Made by a program: the position numbers and the translations under genes. A DNA stretch of 64,000 nucleotides from Lama glama (Eukaryota). The DNA lies in the NCBI GenBank assembly GCA_028534125.1, contig CM052839.1:45136001-45200000 (forward strand), written 5' to 3'. Shown here in pieces: positions 33,064 through 45,800 of this stretch (position 1 is its first letter; the number at the start of each line of letters is the position of its first letter). Under the pieces are notes generated by a model. That model was not told the origin of the DNA and did not search any database. It saw nothing but the letters and a program-made list of their open reading frames with translations.

Positions 33064-33139
33064 ACCATCATGGAGCAGTTCAACCCCAGCCTCCGGAACT
33101 TCATCGCCATGGGGAAGAACTACGAGAAGGCGCTGGCAG
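33064..33139 (+). CDS. BAIAP2: BAIAP2 coding exon 2 (TIMEQFNPSLRNFIAMGKNYEKALA)
   Basis: ttctctgtttcag|ACC acceptor, GCAG|gtgagg donor, 76 nt. IMD/I-BAR helix 1. Confidence 0.97.
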
Positions 33140-34572
33140 GTGAGGCCCGGGGCGGGTGGGGGCTGTCTCTATGGATGTGCAGCTCCCGGGCCTGATGGGA
33201 AGGGAAGGTGTTCCCGAAACACGACTTGGCGGAGGGAGGGCGGAGGCTCCTCACCCCGGAGGCCCGCGACGCTCAGTGCGCACTGTGCGCCGGGGCCGGG
33301 AAGTGCCGGGGCGGCTTCAGCCCTGGAGATGGGGGCCGGGGGTCGGCCCTCGTGGCTCAGGCCAATGATGGGTCCTCTCTGGAAGGCGTCGTCCCAGGAC
33401 ATGGCTCGCCTCCCTGGGCTTCCTCCCCGAGCGGAGTAATTTTATTCCCAGCCATGTAGTGTCGATGTCCTTGTGGTGAATCCGTCAGGGCCTGGCTGGG
33501 GGACGGGCTCACATGCCCTTGTCCCTGGACGCGACGCACAGGCCCCCACCTGGGCTCCCCACGAGGTCCTGTGGGGACTGTGGGTGGAGCCGGCTGTATC
33601 CTGCCCCTGTCTGTTTTCCTGGACTGATGGGACAAAGCCCACTGGCCACATCACACTGTCCCTCAGCTGCCCTCCGTCTCCCCAGGCCAGCCAGGCCTCT
33701 GCCCACTTGGCTTGCCCTCCGTCTGTTCCAAGGAACCCACCCGTCCGGGTGGTGGACAGCTCCAGCCGCTGGGGCTTGGAGCCCACACGCGCTCTCAGGC
33801 TGCAGAGAAATTGTGTGCTTCATTGAAAGCCGCCTGAATAGAGTTTGATCAACTGCCCAGTTGTAAGCCCCTAACCGGGTTCTGGAGAAAACAGATTAGA
33901 AATTGTAATTATGCTTCTGGCAGGTGCTCCCCGTGGCCCTGCTCCAGAGGGGCTCCGGCTTCCCTTCAGCCTGAGGGCACTGGGGGCTCCTCTGATGAAG
34001 GGGTGAGTGGGCACACCTGGAGTCTCGAAGTGTCCACATCCCGAGGATAGCTCTGCCACAGGCAGCAGGCACCAGAGCCTGGTCCTGGGAATCCGCAGGC
34101 CCGGAGCTTTGGTCCGAGTCCTGCGCGAAGTCAGGTTTGCCTCTCATTAAAGCAAAAGGCGCCGTGGGGTTGGGGCGAGGCCTTCCGCCCGCTCTGAGCA
34201 TGTGAGTCACTCCCAGGTACACGTCTCGCTCTGCGACCGGGGGCAGTGACAGAGCCCCCTGCCCAAGCTGGCTGGGGAGTCTCCCTGCCCCCGGCTTTGC
34301 AGGTCTCTCGCCCGGGGCTGGTGTCTGTCTCATGAGAACACTGCGACCACTCCCCGTGGTCGGGGTGGCACCCTGCAGTTTGACTTGAATAGCTCGGGAC
34401 GTGAGTCGACACTGTGTTCTCACACGGGAAGGGCTCTCACTATGGGACCTGGGGAACACCAACAACAAACAGCTCGGGTCCTGCCTCGTGCGAGCCTGCC
34501 GGGCGGGCGCTGGTGCCACAGTCCTGTCACTGCCTTGCCAGGGAAGTAACCGCCCCTCCTCTCCTCCGTCAG

Positions 34573-34659
34573 GTGTGACGTACGCGGCCAAAGGCTACTT
34601 CGATGCGCTCGTGAAGATGGGCGAGCTGGCCAGTGAGAGCCAGGGCTCCAAAGAGCTCG
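34573..34659 (+). CDS. BAIAP2: BAIAP2 coding exon 3 (GVTYAAKGYFDALVKMGELASESQGSKEL)
   Basis: cag|GT acceptor, CTCG|gtaaga donor, 87 nt. Confidence 0.97.
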
Positions 34660-35669
34660 GTAAGACCCCCAGACTGGTGGAGACCCCCAGGGCCTCTGAA
34701 GTCGCCAGATGTCCCCAGGTAGATCTGGGACCCTGTCGTGTGTCTGGTCCATTGATTTGGGGTTAGGTTTTCCATGTCCAGTAAGAAGAGACTCCCTGAA
34801 GTAGCAGTCACCCTTGCAACTGGCGAGGGCTGTGGGGTGCACACCCTGCTGAAAGAGGGGTACCCCGGGTGGCTCAGGGTCCCCTGAGGAACACAGTTTG
34901 GGGACGAGGAGACAGATCTGTGTTTACAGGGATTTGTGGCAAAGCCTGAATGGCCGGTGCAGGGACCGTGTGAAAAGATGGACTCAAATGATGGCATTTA
35001 GTGACGTTGGGGAGGCGTCCCTGGTATGAAAACAAGGAGCCAGTTTTGTAAGAATACCAGCGAGGAACGTGGCTGCCACACGCAACTCGGGGACCTCACT
35101 GGGCTGAGAGGAGGGAGCAGGCCAGACACCCCACGTGGGTCGGGCTGGACGTGGGCCTTTATTCAGCATCCAGAAAGCCGCGGGTCTGCAGCTCTGTGGC
35201 TCTAGAGGAAAACTGGCCTGCTGGGGACACAGAGCTGATCTGCCCTGGGCGGCCCTGTGAGGACTTGGAGGTGGGGGAGCCATGGTGGTCAGGCCTGTAG
35301 GCTCAGCCTGGCTGGTGCCCTGTTGGATGTTTGAGGTGAACAGAGGCCTGGATCTTTGGTGATTGGCAGTGGCCATGAACCAGCCTGTTCCTGAGCTCAG
35401 AGGCCCTGTGTGGGCCCTGCCCAGCACTCCTGTTGTTCCTACCACAGACCCAGTGAGTGGAATTAGGGGGGCGGGCTGCACCTGCCGTCATGGCAGGATG
35501 TCCCTTCACCTCTCTGGGAGCTGCTGGGGGCTCCGGCCTAAATCAAGGAGCTTCTGGTTTGCTTGTGGGTTTTGGAAATCTCTCCAGGGGCTCATTGGGG
35601 TCCGTCACCAAATGGGAGTCTCTGTGCATGTCAGCAGGGGTAGCTGGTGAGATGCCAGCCAAAAGGAGA

Positions 35670-36332
35670 CCCCGTTTCCTCTGCTCCCAGCAGTTCTGAG
35701 ACCAAACGTGGTTTTTCCCACAGTTCAGATCACTTCTCACAACTATACCTGGGGTCAGGACAGACCCACTGGTTGGGGTCCTGCCCTGGGACTGCCCTCA
35801 CTGCAGAGGCCAGTGTAAGTTATGGGTCTTCTGTGCCCACACTTCTGATTTGGCTACAGTTTGTGTTCCCGCCACCCTGTCCCCAGGTTTGGTAATTTGC
35901 TGGAATGGCTCACAGGACTCGGGGCAACGCTTGCTTTATCAGTTTATCATAAAGGCCATGATGCGGGACGCAGTGGGCAGGTCCATGAGGGCGCAGGAGC
36001 CTTTGTCCCCGTGGAGCTGGAGTGCACCCCCCATGTGGGTATATCAATCACCCTGAGAGCTATCCAGACCCTGCGGTTTAGGGATTTCCAGGCGCTGCCA
36101 GTTGTTAACCCAGCCTTCAGCTCTTCTCTCCCTGCAGGGTGGAGGTGGGACGGAAAGTTCCTCTTCTAACCCCGGGCGATCTTTCTGGGGATCAGCCTCA
36201 CCCAGGCTCCCACCCACAGTCACCTCCCTAGAACCGAGGATGCTCCCATCACCCAGAGATAACAGGGATGTAGGATCTGCGTCAGGAGCCAGGGCAGAGA
36301 TCAGTGTGGCTTTCTTCTTGGTCGCTGTCATG
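35670..36332 (-). mobile_element. MER21-like ERVL solo LTR
   Basis: gactgccctcactgcagaggccagt...taatttgctggaatggctcacaggactcgggg...ggaaagttcctcttctaacc are MER21 hallmark segments. Confidence 0.75.
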
Positions 36333-36351
36333 CCAGCCCTGCTCTGGGAGT

Positions 36352-36880
36352 TAAATTTTTCCTTTTTGTAACGGATTTATTGAGACTTAATTCACATGTA
36401 CAACTGACCACTGCATAACACAATCTGGTGGTTTCTGGTATGTTCATGGGGCTGGGGACCATCACCACTGTCTAGTTCCTAAACATTTTTACTCACCCCC
36501 AAGATGCAAGCTGTCACCGTTAGTAGTCACCCCCACCCCAAAGTACTGATCTGCGGCCTGTCTGGACTTACTGCTTCGGATGTTCCTGCAGTGGAGTGGA
36601 GCACTGACCCACTGTGACTGGTCACATCTGACTTCTCTCACTTAAGGTCATGTTTTCAAGGTGCACATGTTGTAGCGCACGTCAGAGCCCCGCTCTTTTC
36701 ATAGCTGAGTAATATTCCGCCACGTGGACTCCATGGGTTGCTCCCACGTCTTGGCCGGGTTCAGTAGCACTGGGGTCAGCGGTCAGGCACAAGTGTCTGT
36801 GTGGACATTTCTTCGTGTGAGCCTGGGATGGGAACCGCCGGTCATGCAGTCGGAGTTGAATTTCTAATAAAGCAGTGCAC
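36352..36880 (-). mobile_element. L1MB/L1MA-like 3' end
   Basis: tttattgagacttaattcacat...accatcaccactgtctagttcctaaacattttt...ttttcatagctgagtaatattcc. Confidence 0.8.
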
Positions 36881-37269
36881 ACACTGGTTTAGAGACGAGC
36901 TGCCCCCCCCCCCAGTCCGGCTGCCCTGCCCGAGGCCCGCTTGTCAGCCCTGTGTGTCATCTGCCTGCGTTTGCTTCCATATGTATAAACAGGCGGGTTT
37001 GCACTGTTTTTTCTTAATTTTGGACACTGTTTAACGACTCTTACTCTAGAAGATCTGGATTTAGCATTTTTACACTGTCCCTTGCCCCCCCAGTAGAACG
37101 GTGACCACTTTCGCTTTAATCAGTGTCTGGTGTAGCATTTGCAAGGTGGTGACGGGAACCCTTTTATCAGCTCAGAGGGACCAGCCTGACCGCCGACGGC
37201 GTGATGAGGCGGACATGCCTGTGCACGCCTGCCCGGGTGGGATCGGCACTGTAGCTCCCCGCCCCGTTC

Positions 37270-37910
37270 CCCTTCCCCCGTGTCCCCCTTCTGTGTCCCC
37301 ACTCCACATCCCCCGTGCCCGGCAGCCACTGCTGTGCTTTCTGCCCGAGGTCCAGCCTGCACTCGTCCGAGTTCACGTCCGTGAAACCGCAGCATGCGCT
37401 GTGCTGTGGGTCTGGCCTCTCTCATCTCGTGATTGTTTTGAAAGCCACCCCTCCAGACCACGTGCTTTTGCGCTGTGTGGACGCGCCGGCGGTTCGTGTG
37501 CTCTTCCGTGGACAGACGCTTGAGTTGTTCCCAGTTTGGGGTGTTCCCACGTCTGCGTTTCTCCGTGAACGACTGGTGTCCGGCATCTTTCCGTGTGTCA
37601 TTTGGTGAAGTACCTGTTTGGATCTTTGCCCCTCCTGTGGTTGGATGTTTGTCTTGTGATTGAGTTGTGGAAGGTCTCTCTGTGTTGTAGGGAGAGATGC
37701 TCCATCAGATACGTATTTTGCATATGTTCTCTCCCAGTGTGGTTTGCTTTTCATTTTTGTAATGGTGTGTTTAAAATAGGTACGTTTGATTTTAATGAAG
37801 TTCAATTGAGTGATTTTTTTTCCAGAACTATAGCCTGTGGTTTCTGTTACTGTTCGAGAACTTTGGTTTTTTTTGGAGTTAATTGCCTCACTCTTTCCTT
37901 TGCTTAGCTG
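37270..37910 (-). mobile_element. L1ME/L1M-like fragment
   Basis: ggcagccactgctgtgctttctg...ttttgcatatgttctctcccagtgtggtttgcttttcattttt...ttttaatgaagttcaatt. Confidence 0.65.
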
Positions 37911-39379
37911 TCTGTGTACTATTAACTCACTCCCAAAGCTGAGACCAAGCTCTGGGCCCTTCCCTGCTGGCAGCTGCCCCGTTAACGTGGCTGCTCCTCC
38001 CCCGGGAGCTTGCCTCCTGGAGCCAGTCCTGCTCTGACCCACCGGGCTGGCGGCTGCGCTGTGCTGTGATGCCCCTTCTCTATACTGGGACCGAGCTTTC
38101 TGGGCCTCGGGTCCCGTCTTACTCCCACAGTAGGGGGATCAACCTTCCTTCTAGTGGCTCTTAAGCAGGAAAGGGGGGAGTACGTTTCTGGGCCCGGGTC
38201 TGTCTGCAGGTGCTGCCTTCCCTGGCACTGATGGCTTAGAATTCCAGGTGGGAGGCTGCCTTCCCTGGGACTCAAGGCCTCAGCCCCGCTGTCCTGTGAC
38301 TCCCAGTTCCTGTCCTCAGTGCCGTTTTGGCTGATTTTTTTTTTTAAATGTAGGTTTTTTGTTTTCCCTCCTGGAAGCTTTTGAGATCTTTGTCCTTGGG
38401 TGGGTATTTTGCAATTTCCAGATATGCTCCTGCATTTGTTGGAGGAGGTCCCGAGGGGGCCTAGAGAAGACAGCATTCCAAGCGTGGGCATGGCTTGTGG
38501 CCTCCAGGGTCCAGGGAGAGGTAACCAGGAACTTAAGCTGCGACCCTGACCCCCGGTGAGGACAGCGGGGGCGCCGGAGGGGCAGAGGGCAGGAGCAAGG
38601 ATAGGACCAGAAAACAGGGTGGGCAGAACGAGGTGCTTTGGCGGAAAGGATCTGGTGGAGGAGCAGCGGGCAGGGACTGGGGCTTCAGGCTGCGGGAAGC
38701 TGAGTTCGTGCTGCCTGGCATCACTCCAGCCGTGCTGCGTGTTCACTGTCGTAGAATATTCCACGAACGCGAGAACTCGTGTCCTCCCTTCTCTCCATCA
38801 GCTCTTGGGTTACTCCTGGTGGATTCTGCTCTGCATGGGCTGGCCCGTGGGACTGACACCGAGCCCTGCCGTGGGGTGACTTGGTGCCGTCCTGCGGGAC
38901 TGCCTCCAGTGTGACGCCCTGGGGCTCTCCCTCTGGGCCCTTCTGTCCCCTCAGGGGACAGCAGTGAGCGGGTGGGCTCACACCCGCTTTCAAGGATCTT
39001 CTTCTCGTGCGCCCGCTGTGTGGGTGAGCCCTGCCCAGCAGGCCACCTGGCCCCCAAGCACTGAGGCACCGGCTCCGCTGAGGAGCCAGGGTCTTCCAGG
39101 CCCTTCCAGGCCCTTCCGAGCTGCTCACCTCTGCTCCCTGCCATGAGGCCCTGGTAGAAATTTGAGACCTGGGGCCCTTGGCTGGAGTGTGGAGGGTTTA
39201 GGGTTTGGTGTACGTTTTGGCCGCTGTCCCTGTGAAACAGTGTCACTGTGTCACTCTTTGGAAACGTTTTCTTCCCGGATCCTCAGTTCTTTGGTCTCGT
39301 TGACTCTGCCTGTGGCCCTGGGCGTCTGTATGCGCTCCCCCTCTCCAGAGGCTGGTCCAGATCCTGGAGGAGGGGGCTG

Positions 39380-39850
39380 TGCTGATTCCCAAATGACTCA
39401 GAGTCTGGAGATGTTCGTCCACGGGCTGCTTGGTCTGGGGTGTGGCCTGTGTTTATAGGTGTCTGTTATGTTTGAAAAGAACACATGTTCCCTGACTGTG
39501 GTGCGGGGTTCCTAATTGTGTTCAAATCTTCAGCAATTTTACCTCCTCGTTAGTAACTGAAAGAGACGTTCCTTCTACTCTCCAGGGTGGTGGCCCCGTC
39601 TTGTTTCTTTGTGGTTTTTGCTTTATGTGTTTTCCGGTTGTGTTATTGGGGGTGTAAACTGTATGTCATGTCGGTCGTGTCTTCCTGAGGAGCGGAACCT
39701 TATCATGCAGTCGCCTCCTCTGTCCACACTAGTCCAGCTTTCAGACTTCTGTCTTGCACTGTTTGGTTTCCTCTGCCCCTTCCTGTCTGCAGTCCCGGAG
39801 TATTGCTTGTTTCTGACCACTTTCTCTTCGGCATACTTTTTCCCCCAGGG
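39380..39850 (-). mobile_element. L1M ORF2 endonuclease-region fragment
   Basis: tttgaaaagaacacatgttcc...ttttgctttatgtgtttt...tgttattgggggtgta...tccagctttc resembles antisense L1 ORF2 5' sequence. Confidence 0.55.
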
Positions 39851-42800
39851 TGGGAGGGAAGGGATGGGAGGTCCCTGCTGTCCCAGGGGTGAACCAGAGA
39901 CCTCAAGGGGTGGGTGCCTCCTGGGCAGGGGGCGCTCTGGTCGAGGTGTGTCAGCCTGGAGGGAGTCTCCTGGGCCAGGCATTGGGCTCCGACCAGTCTG
40001 GGGCCTGGCACACTGCACAGCACGGGGGCTTTGTCTGCTGTCTGGTTGATGACTTCCTGCTTGGGTGTGGCCCTTGGTGGCTGTGGGTCAGGGATTGCCA
40101 GGCAGGCAGTGGCAGGGACCCCGGCCCCTCCCCGCTCCCACTCCGTCCTCTGTGCGGATCCCTGCCCAGTTCTTCCAGTTCTTCCTCCCTTTTCTTTCCC
40201 ATGTAGGGCAGGAGCCTCGGGGCTAACTCTGCTCCCTGGGCCCACAGCCCGTTAGGACAACGTGGGACCCTCGTCGAACCGCTGCACCCCCTCCCCATCT
40301 GCACCTCCTCCCTGTCTCCCTCAAGCCTTGCACCGCGTCCTTCTTGCACAGAGGGAGGGTCCTGAGCAGCATGTGCGCCACCGCCGTCAGCCCAGCGCGG
40401 GCTGCTCAGAGGTGGACCCCATGTTGCCAGAGCAGAGGCACTTGCGACGCAAGGTCTCCTCCTGCGGGGTCGGAGCCCAGTCGCCGCGCTGCAGCCCGGC
40501 AGCTGCCCCTTTGTTCCTGCTCCCCGTGGAGAGCGAGTGGCCGGCCTGCCTTTGGTCCTGCGGCCGGGAGGCGGCCTTGGGCAGGGGCTCCAGACCTCAC
40601 AGAGGAGACGGCCTCTCATCTTCACTCTGCTTGGCGCCGGCTGTGCTTTGATAGGCTGCTTGGTCGGGGTGCAGGGACGCCCGTGTTCCCCACCCTCACT
40701 GCCCTCTCATCCCCCACCAGTGGCCACCCACACGCACGGTTGACTTGCCTCCCCGACCACCACCCTCGGCTCTGCTGGCTCGCCTGGGGTCACCCCAGGC
40801 AGGCATGGTCATGGAGTCCGTCCTGCCTCTGATCAGGGCACGTGGGGTGGCTTTTCCGAGGCCACATCCTGCTCGCCTTCCTCGCAGTTTTCTGTGTGTG
40901 CTGGGGCTGGCCGGCAGCTCGGGGCAGTGGGGGTGTCCCATCCGGGTCCGAGGCTCCAGGCCAGTCCCTGGTGTGTGCAGAGCCAGGACGTGGCCCAAGG
41001 GAGGGTGACCGCCCATCACCGTGGCCTGCAGGTGCTCATGCTTCAGCAGATAGACCGTGAATCTGGGGACTTGCTAAGATCTGGGAGCGAACACGTCTGC
41101 TTCTCCTGCTCCTTGCGCTGGAGTTGTGGTAGGGGGCAGCCGGGGTGGGGTGCACCCACCTCCCACCATCCTCCTGACTCACGCAACCTGAGATGCCGGT
41201 GGCCTGATGGGGAACACGGTATGGAGTGTGGGTATTTCTGGAGTGCTCTGACGTGGGCTTTGGGGTCTCCAGGTCAGGTCCCTTTTGCCCTGATGGGGGA
41301 CAGTGCAGGAGCCACCCTCCCATCCTGGGCGTGGTCAGCAGTGCCCTGTCCTTTCCAGGCTCTCCTGCTACCTTAAACTAAGTCACGGGACATCTCAAGT
41401 CACATCAAAGCAGAAAGAGCAGATGGAGAACCCACCGGCTGGCACAGACCAAGTACGGCTGTCTAGTCTGCCCGCGACACTGCTCCTGTGGAGTCCCTGA
41501 TGGCACCTCCTTTCTTCCCTCAGCCTCCGTGGGCGCCGTTGGCAGGCCCGGCCTTAGCCATGGGGCTGGGAGCATACGTGTTCCCCGTCCAGGCGGTGGA
41601 CGGGCTGGCTTCGGGCCCTTCCTCCCACTGTCGCAGCCACTGGAGAATGGGCCTGGTGCAGTCAGCCCCTGTTGTCACACTTGCTCCGGGGGCGCCACGG
41701 TGGACATTGCTCTGGTTCTTTGTGTGGGGGACACTGTGCAGCCCCTCGACAGCCGTGCCGCCGTCGACAGGGGCCCCCAGGGAGCTGCTCACCTGAGCGC
41801 TACCGCCCGCTGAGCAGCCGCCTGCAGCCAGGCCCCTCCGTAGCTCCTCTCCCAGAGTGACTGCCGAGTGGGGCCGGGCCACGCCGCGCCGGGGAGGGAA
41901 GGGGAGCGGAGGCCGATGTGCTTGGGCTCTGGGTACAGCATGCGAACGTGGGCAGGTGACTCGGGTGCTGTGCCAGCATCACTCATGCGAGGAGAAGGTC
42001 TCCTCAGCTGCCCTGTGCAGGACTGTGCAGGAGGCTGAGGGTACAGGTCCTGTGGAATGTTCTAGACTTTGCAGGGAGGAGGGACTAACGTGAGGCCGCA
42101 GTAGCAGCAAGGGGCACGTCCTGCCCTGAGTGTGTGGCCGAGCTGCACGCTGGGCCTGTCCCCCCCGGATCCTCTGTCCGGCCTCCGCCCGGGGCCTCAC
42201 CCTGGCTGGCTCGTCGGTCCACGGCTGCGGGCCCGCGGCTGAGCGGCTGTTTTGCTTGGCCCTCCTGGCCGTCTCCTGGGACCTCTGTTGTGTTCTCTGC
42301 CTTTGAAGAGCCCGCTTGTTTGTGATTCCGGGCGTGCGTGAGCTTGCAGTGCCCTAGGCCTGAGCTCGCCGCCACTTGCCGACAACCCCTGCCGTACGTG
42401 CACCGGCACCCAGGGGACAGGCCGGGGCTCCCTGCTGGGCGCGACCGCGGAGCAGGAGGTGACTCCCCTGCACCTGAAACCGGGCCGGGTTTGGCCACTG
42501 AGTCACCAGGTTAAGGTGTGGCCCGGCCCCTTCCCTGCCCTTTGGCTGCCGTCCACACCTGGCTACCCGAGCGAGGAGCAGGGGCGGGCAGCCCCGTGCC
42601 GCCTTGGGGGGCTCGCCCCGTGGGACTGGGCTGCCTCTTCCGGTTCCTAGAGGCGCCGGCTCGCTTTCCCATGGCCCTGTGCTCAGTGGCGGGGGTGGCC
42701 CGTCCCTGTGTGCGATGTCGCAGAAATGTAGGCGGCCCTTGAGACTGCTGCCAGGTGACTCTCTTGGCAGAGGCGGGTCTGAGGTGGTGCCGCAGGTGCC

Positions 42801-45800
42801 CGCCTGGTCGGCCCCAGCGCTCTGCGAGGCCGGGAGGTGGTCGGGCCGCACCACGGCCCCTCCCGCGTCAGGCAGGGCTGTCTGCACCTGGCCAGGGAGC
42901 CCGAGCGAGTCCCAGCCTTCCCTGCTGGTGGGTGATGACAGTCTGTCTCCACGTGATGTCAGACCCTGGTAGCAGGACCCGCCTGTGACTGCTGAACCCT
43001 CCTGACAGAGGCCACTTGGAGGCCTTAATTGAAGCCACACAGTGGGAACCATGTTGATTTCCCATGGCACACGGAAGGGGTGTCCCTTAGCCACCAGGAG
43101 CCTTGTCGGGCACAGGCCATCACCGGAGCCCGGGGACGGAGGAGTCCCTGCTCTCCTGGCCTCCCTTGGGCCGTGTCAGTCTTGACACCAGACAGGTTTT
43201 GGGGGGCATCTCTGTCCTCAGACCCAGCTCTGTGCAGACCCTAACCTCGGTGCTGCCCACGAGAGGGGCGGCGGTGGTCTGGGGGAGTCCTTTCTCAGGG
43301 CCCTTGGACTCAGATGCCTGGTGCGAGGGCCTGGGGGCTCCAGCGTGCCCATCTCGCCCTCCCTGATGATCTGGGGCGCTTTGTGGGGCGGGATCGATCC
43401 TTGGTCAGGGGAGATTCGGCAGCGTGCTGCCTGGATCTGCCTGTTTTTGGCGGCCTTGGGAACAGCAGGAAAGGTGGCTCAGCCTGTGTTTGTGCTCCAT
43501 CAGGGTCCGAGGGCCGCTCTGGGGCGGGAACGTCCACAGGGAACAGCAGGGTGTGACTGGTGACCCCAGGGTCTCTGGCCTGGTGCCTGGGGATCCTGCT
43601 TGGGAGGAGGGAGGGGGTTCCTCAGCCGCAGTTCGCTCTGAGCTTGGTTCTGATGGCGAAGTGGGGCTGGTGGGGTCTGTGAGGACCTGGCTGGGGCTGC
43701 TCCCGCTGAGAGGGGAGCATGTCACCTGCCCCGGGTCCGCAGCAGGAGTCTCGCCCAGGCCTTTAACACCCCGTCCAGCCGGGCCCATGAAGCTCTCTCG
43801 CTGAGGCCCGAGGCCCCACCATGTCTTCTCTGAGCTGTGCTGCGTGCTCAGTGCGTCAGGGAGTGAGGGGGAAAGCAGCTCCTTCGTTTACCCTCCTACC
43901 AAGAGCGGGCAGCCCTGGAGCCTCCCACACATGCAGGGGCCTGGGGTGGGCGCAGGTGCGGCGTGGGGGCCTGTGTGGCAGGTCTGCCTGTCACCGGGGT
44001 GCTGGCCCCTGGGTCCCTGGCGTTGGCAGGAGGGCAGGCGGGTCAGAGGCACTGTGGATGCTCTGACCACAAAGGCCTGGTCATCTGGCGGCTCATCCTC
44101 TCCAAGTAGATTTGTACCCGTTTGTGTCTCATGTGATTTAGAGCAAGTTGTTGCCCGAGAAACTGTCCCCAGGGGAGTTGACATCCACTTGCCCGGTTAA
44201 TCAGGGCACAAATGGGCAGGTCAGTGGGGAGCCAGCACTGCTGATGGGGAGAGCCCCGTGGCACATGGGGAGGAGGGGAGCAGCAGCACCGCCCCAGCCT
44301 GGGGTGCAGCCTCCCCAGGCCGCTCTGACCCCTGGAGGGTGGCCACCCTAGCGTAAGGGTCAACCACACGCCTTCAAGCTCTGGGCCTGGTCTGCCCGCC
44401 CCCGGAGGTCCAGGTGGCTTCCTGTGCCAGGGGTTGCGGTCCGCCCCGCCTGGTGACCTTGACCGCTCACATCTTTGCTCCGGGTGGGAACGTGGGGAAA
44501 ACTCTGTGCTCTGTCCAGACCATCTCCTCGTCCCCTCAAGAGTGGCATCAGGCAGGAGAGAAGATGGCATCTGAATAGTGGCGAGGCCAGCGGGTAGAGA
44601 GTCTGCTGAGATGAGTCTGGTGGACGAGTCGGGGGGAGGCTGCTGCAGGAGCCCGGCTCAGCCAGGGCCCGGCCTGTGGGGAGAGGACTGACCCAAGTCC
44701 CTGCCAAGCCTGTGTCCGCCTCTACTTGCCGCCCAGGCTCAGCCCACGCGTTGCACCCCCTGCTGGCTGTCCCTGTAGAGCTGCCCCCACCCTGGGCAGC
44801 CAGCCTGGAACCCCGGGGGCCATGTGTGACTATGGATGCCTGAGGGCATGTGGATCAGCCAAGGACGCGTCCAGGGAGGCTCAGGGCAGGCCTGAGGCTC
44901 CGGAATCTGAGTAGACTCCCGGTGTGACCGATGCTGGTCCAGGACCTGACCTGGAGCAGGCGGGGCGGAGGCTTGGGACAGGGAGGGGGCCAGCCCGGAT
45001 AGTTTGGCCGCGTGTGGTCGGCCTCTCCTCTGCCTCGTTCCGTGACACCCCATTGCCCAGGCATCCAGCGGTGGACACAACACTGAGGGTGAGAGGCCAT
45101 CTGGTCCCGCCCTGCTTCAGAGCGGCAGTTGGGAGGGTCACTGTCACCATGTCACCATCATCACCATGGCAACAGCTATCGATTCTTCTCCTGGTTACCC
45201 TTCTGGCCACCTTCCATTTTTGCCTTTTTTGTAGGCAGAGGAAGTACCTGCTTCTCCCAGGGAGGAGCTGGTGGCTTCCAGGCCCTCAGGGGGACGGTGG
45301 GGTTGGTGGCTGATCCTGAAGGGGTCCCTCGGCACTGATCCCTGCGCCCCATCCCATGGGCTCTCATGGCACCGTGCCTGCAACCCCTGGGGTGTGTGTC
45401 TCCGTGCTCCTGCCTTGCCCAGGCCTGTGCTGCTCAGCTTGGAGGCGCCTTTCCGCTCCGGAAGGTGCCAGAATAACGGAGCGTCACAGATGCTTGCTTC
45501 AGAGGCTCCAGGAGGTGACGGGCGCTCCCAGCCAGGCTAGAGCCACTGACCTCTTGGCTCCGAGCCCGCGGCCACCAGCAGGGAGCGGGAGCTCTGGCTC
45601 CTCCTGAGATGACAGATCCTCGAGAAACGAGTGTTTTGGCACCCTTGGTGGCCGCTGGTAATCAAAAGGCGCACCATGACCGCTGGGCAGCAACAGTGCC
45701 TCCTGCTCATCAGATGCGAGTCTAGCTCAACAGAGATGGGGCTGGGGGCCTAGTCTCCAAAGGAGGATCAGATGCCTTCTCTGCGCCGCCCCAGCACCAC

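Noticed and set aside
34663-34690. AGACCCCCAG direct repeat after the BAIAP2 exon 3 donor
   Set aside because: Only 10 bp, it does not recreate the donor, and it is compatible with chance or slippage.
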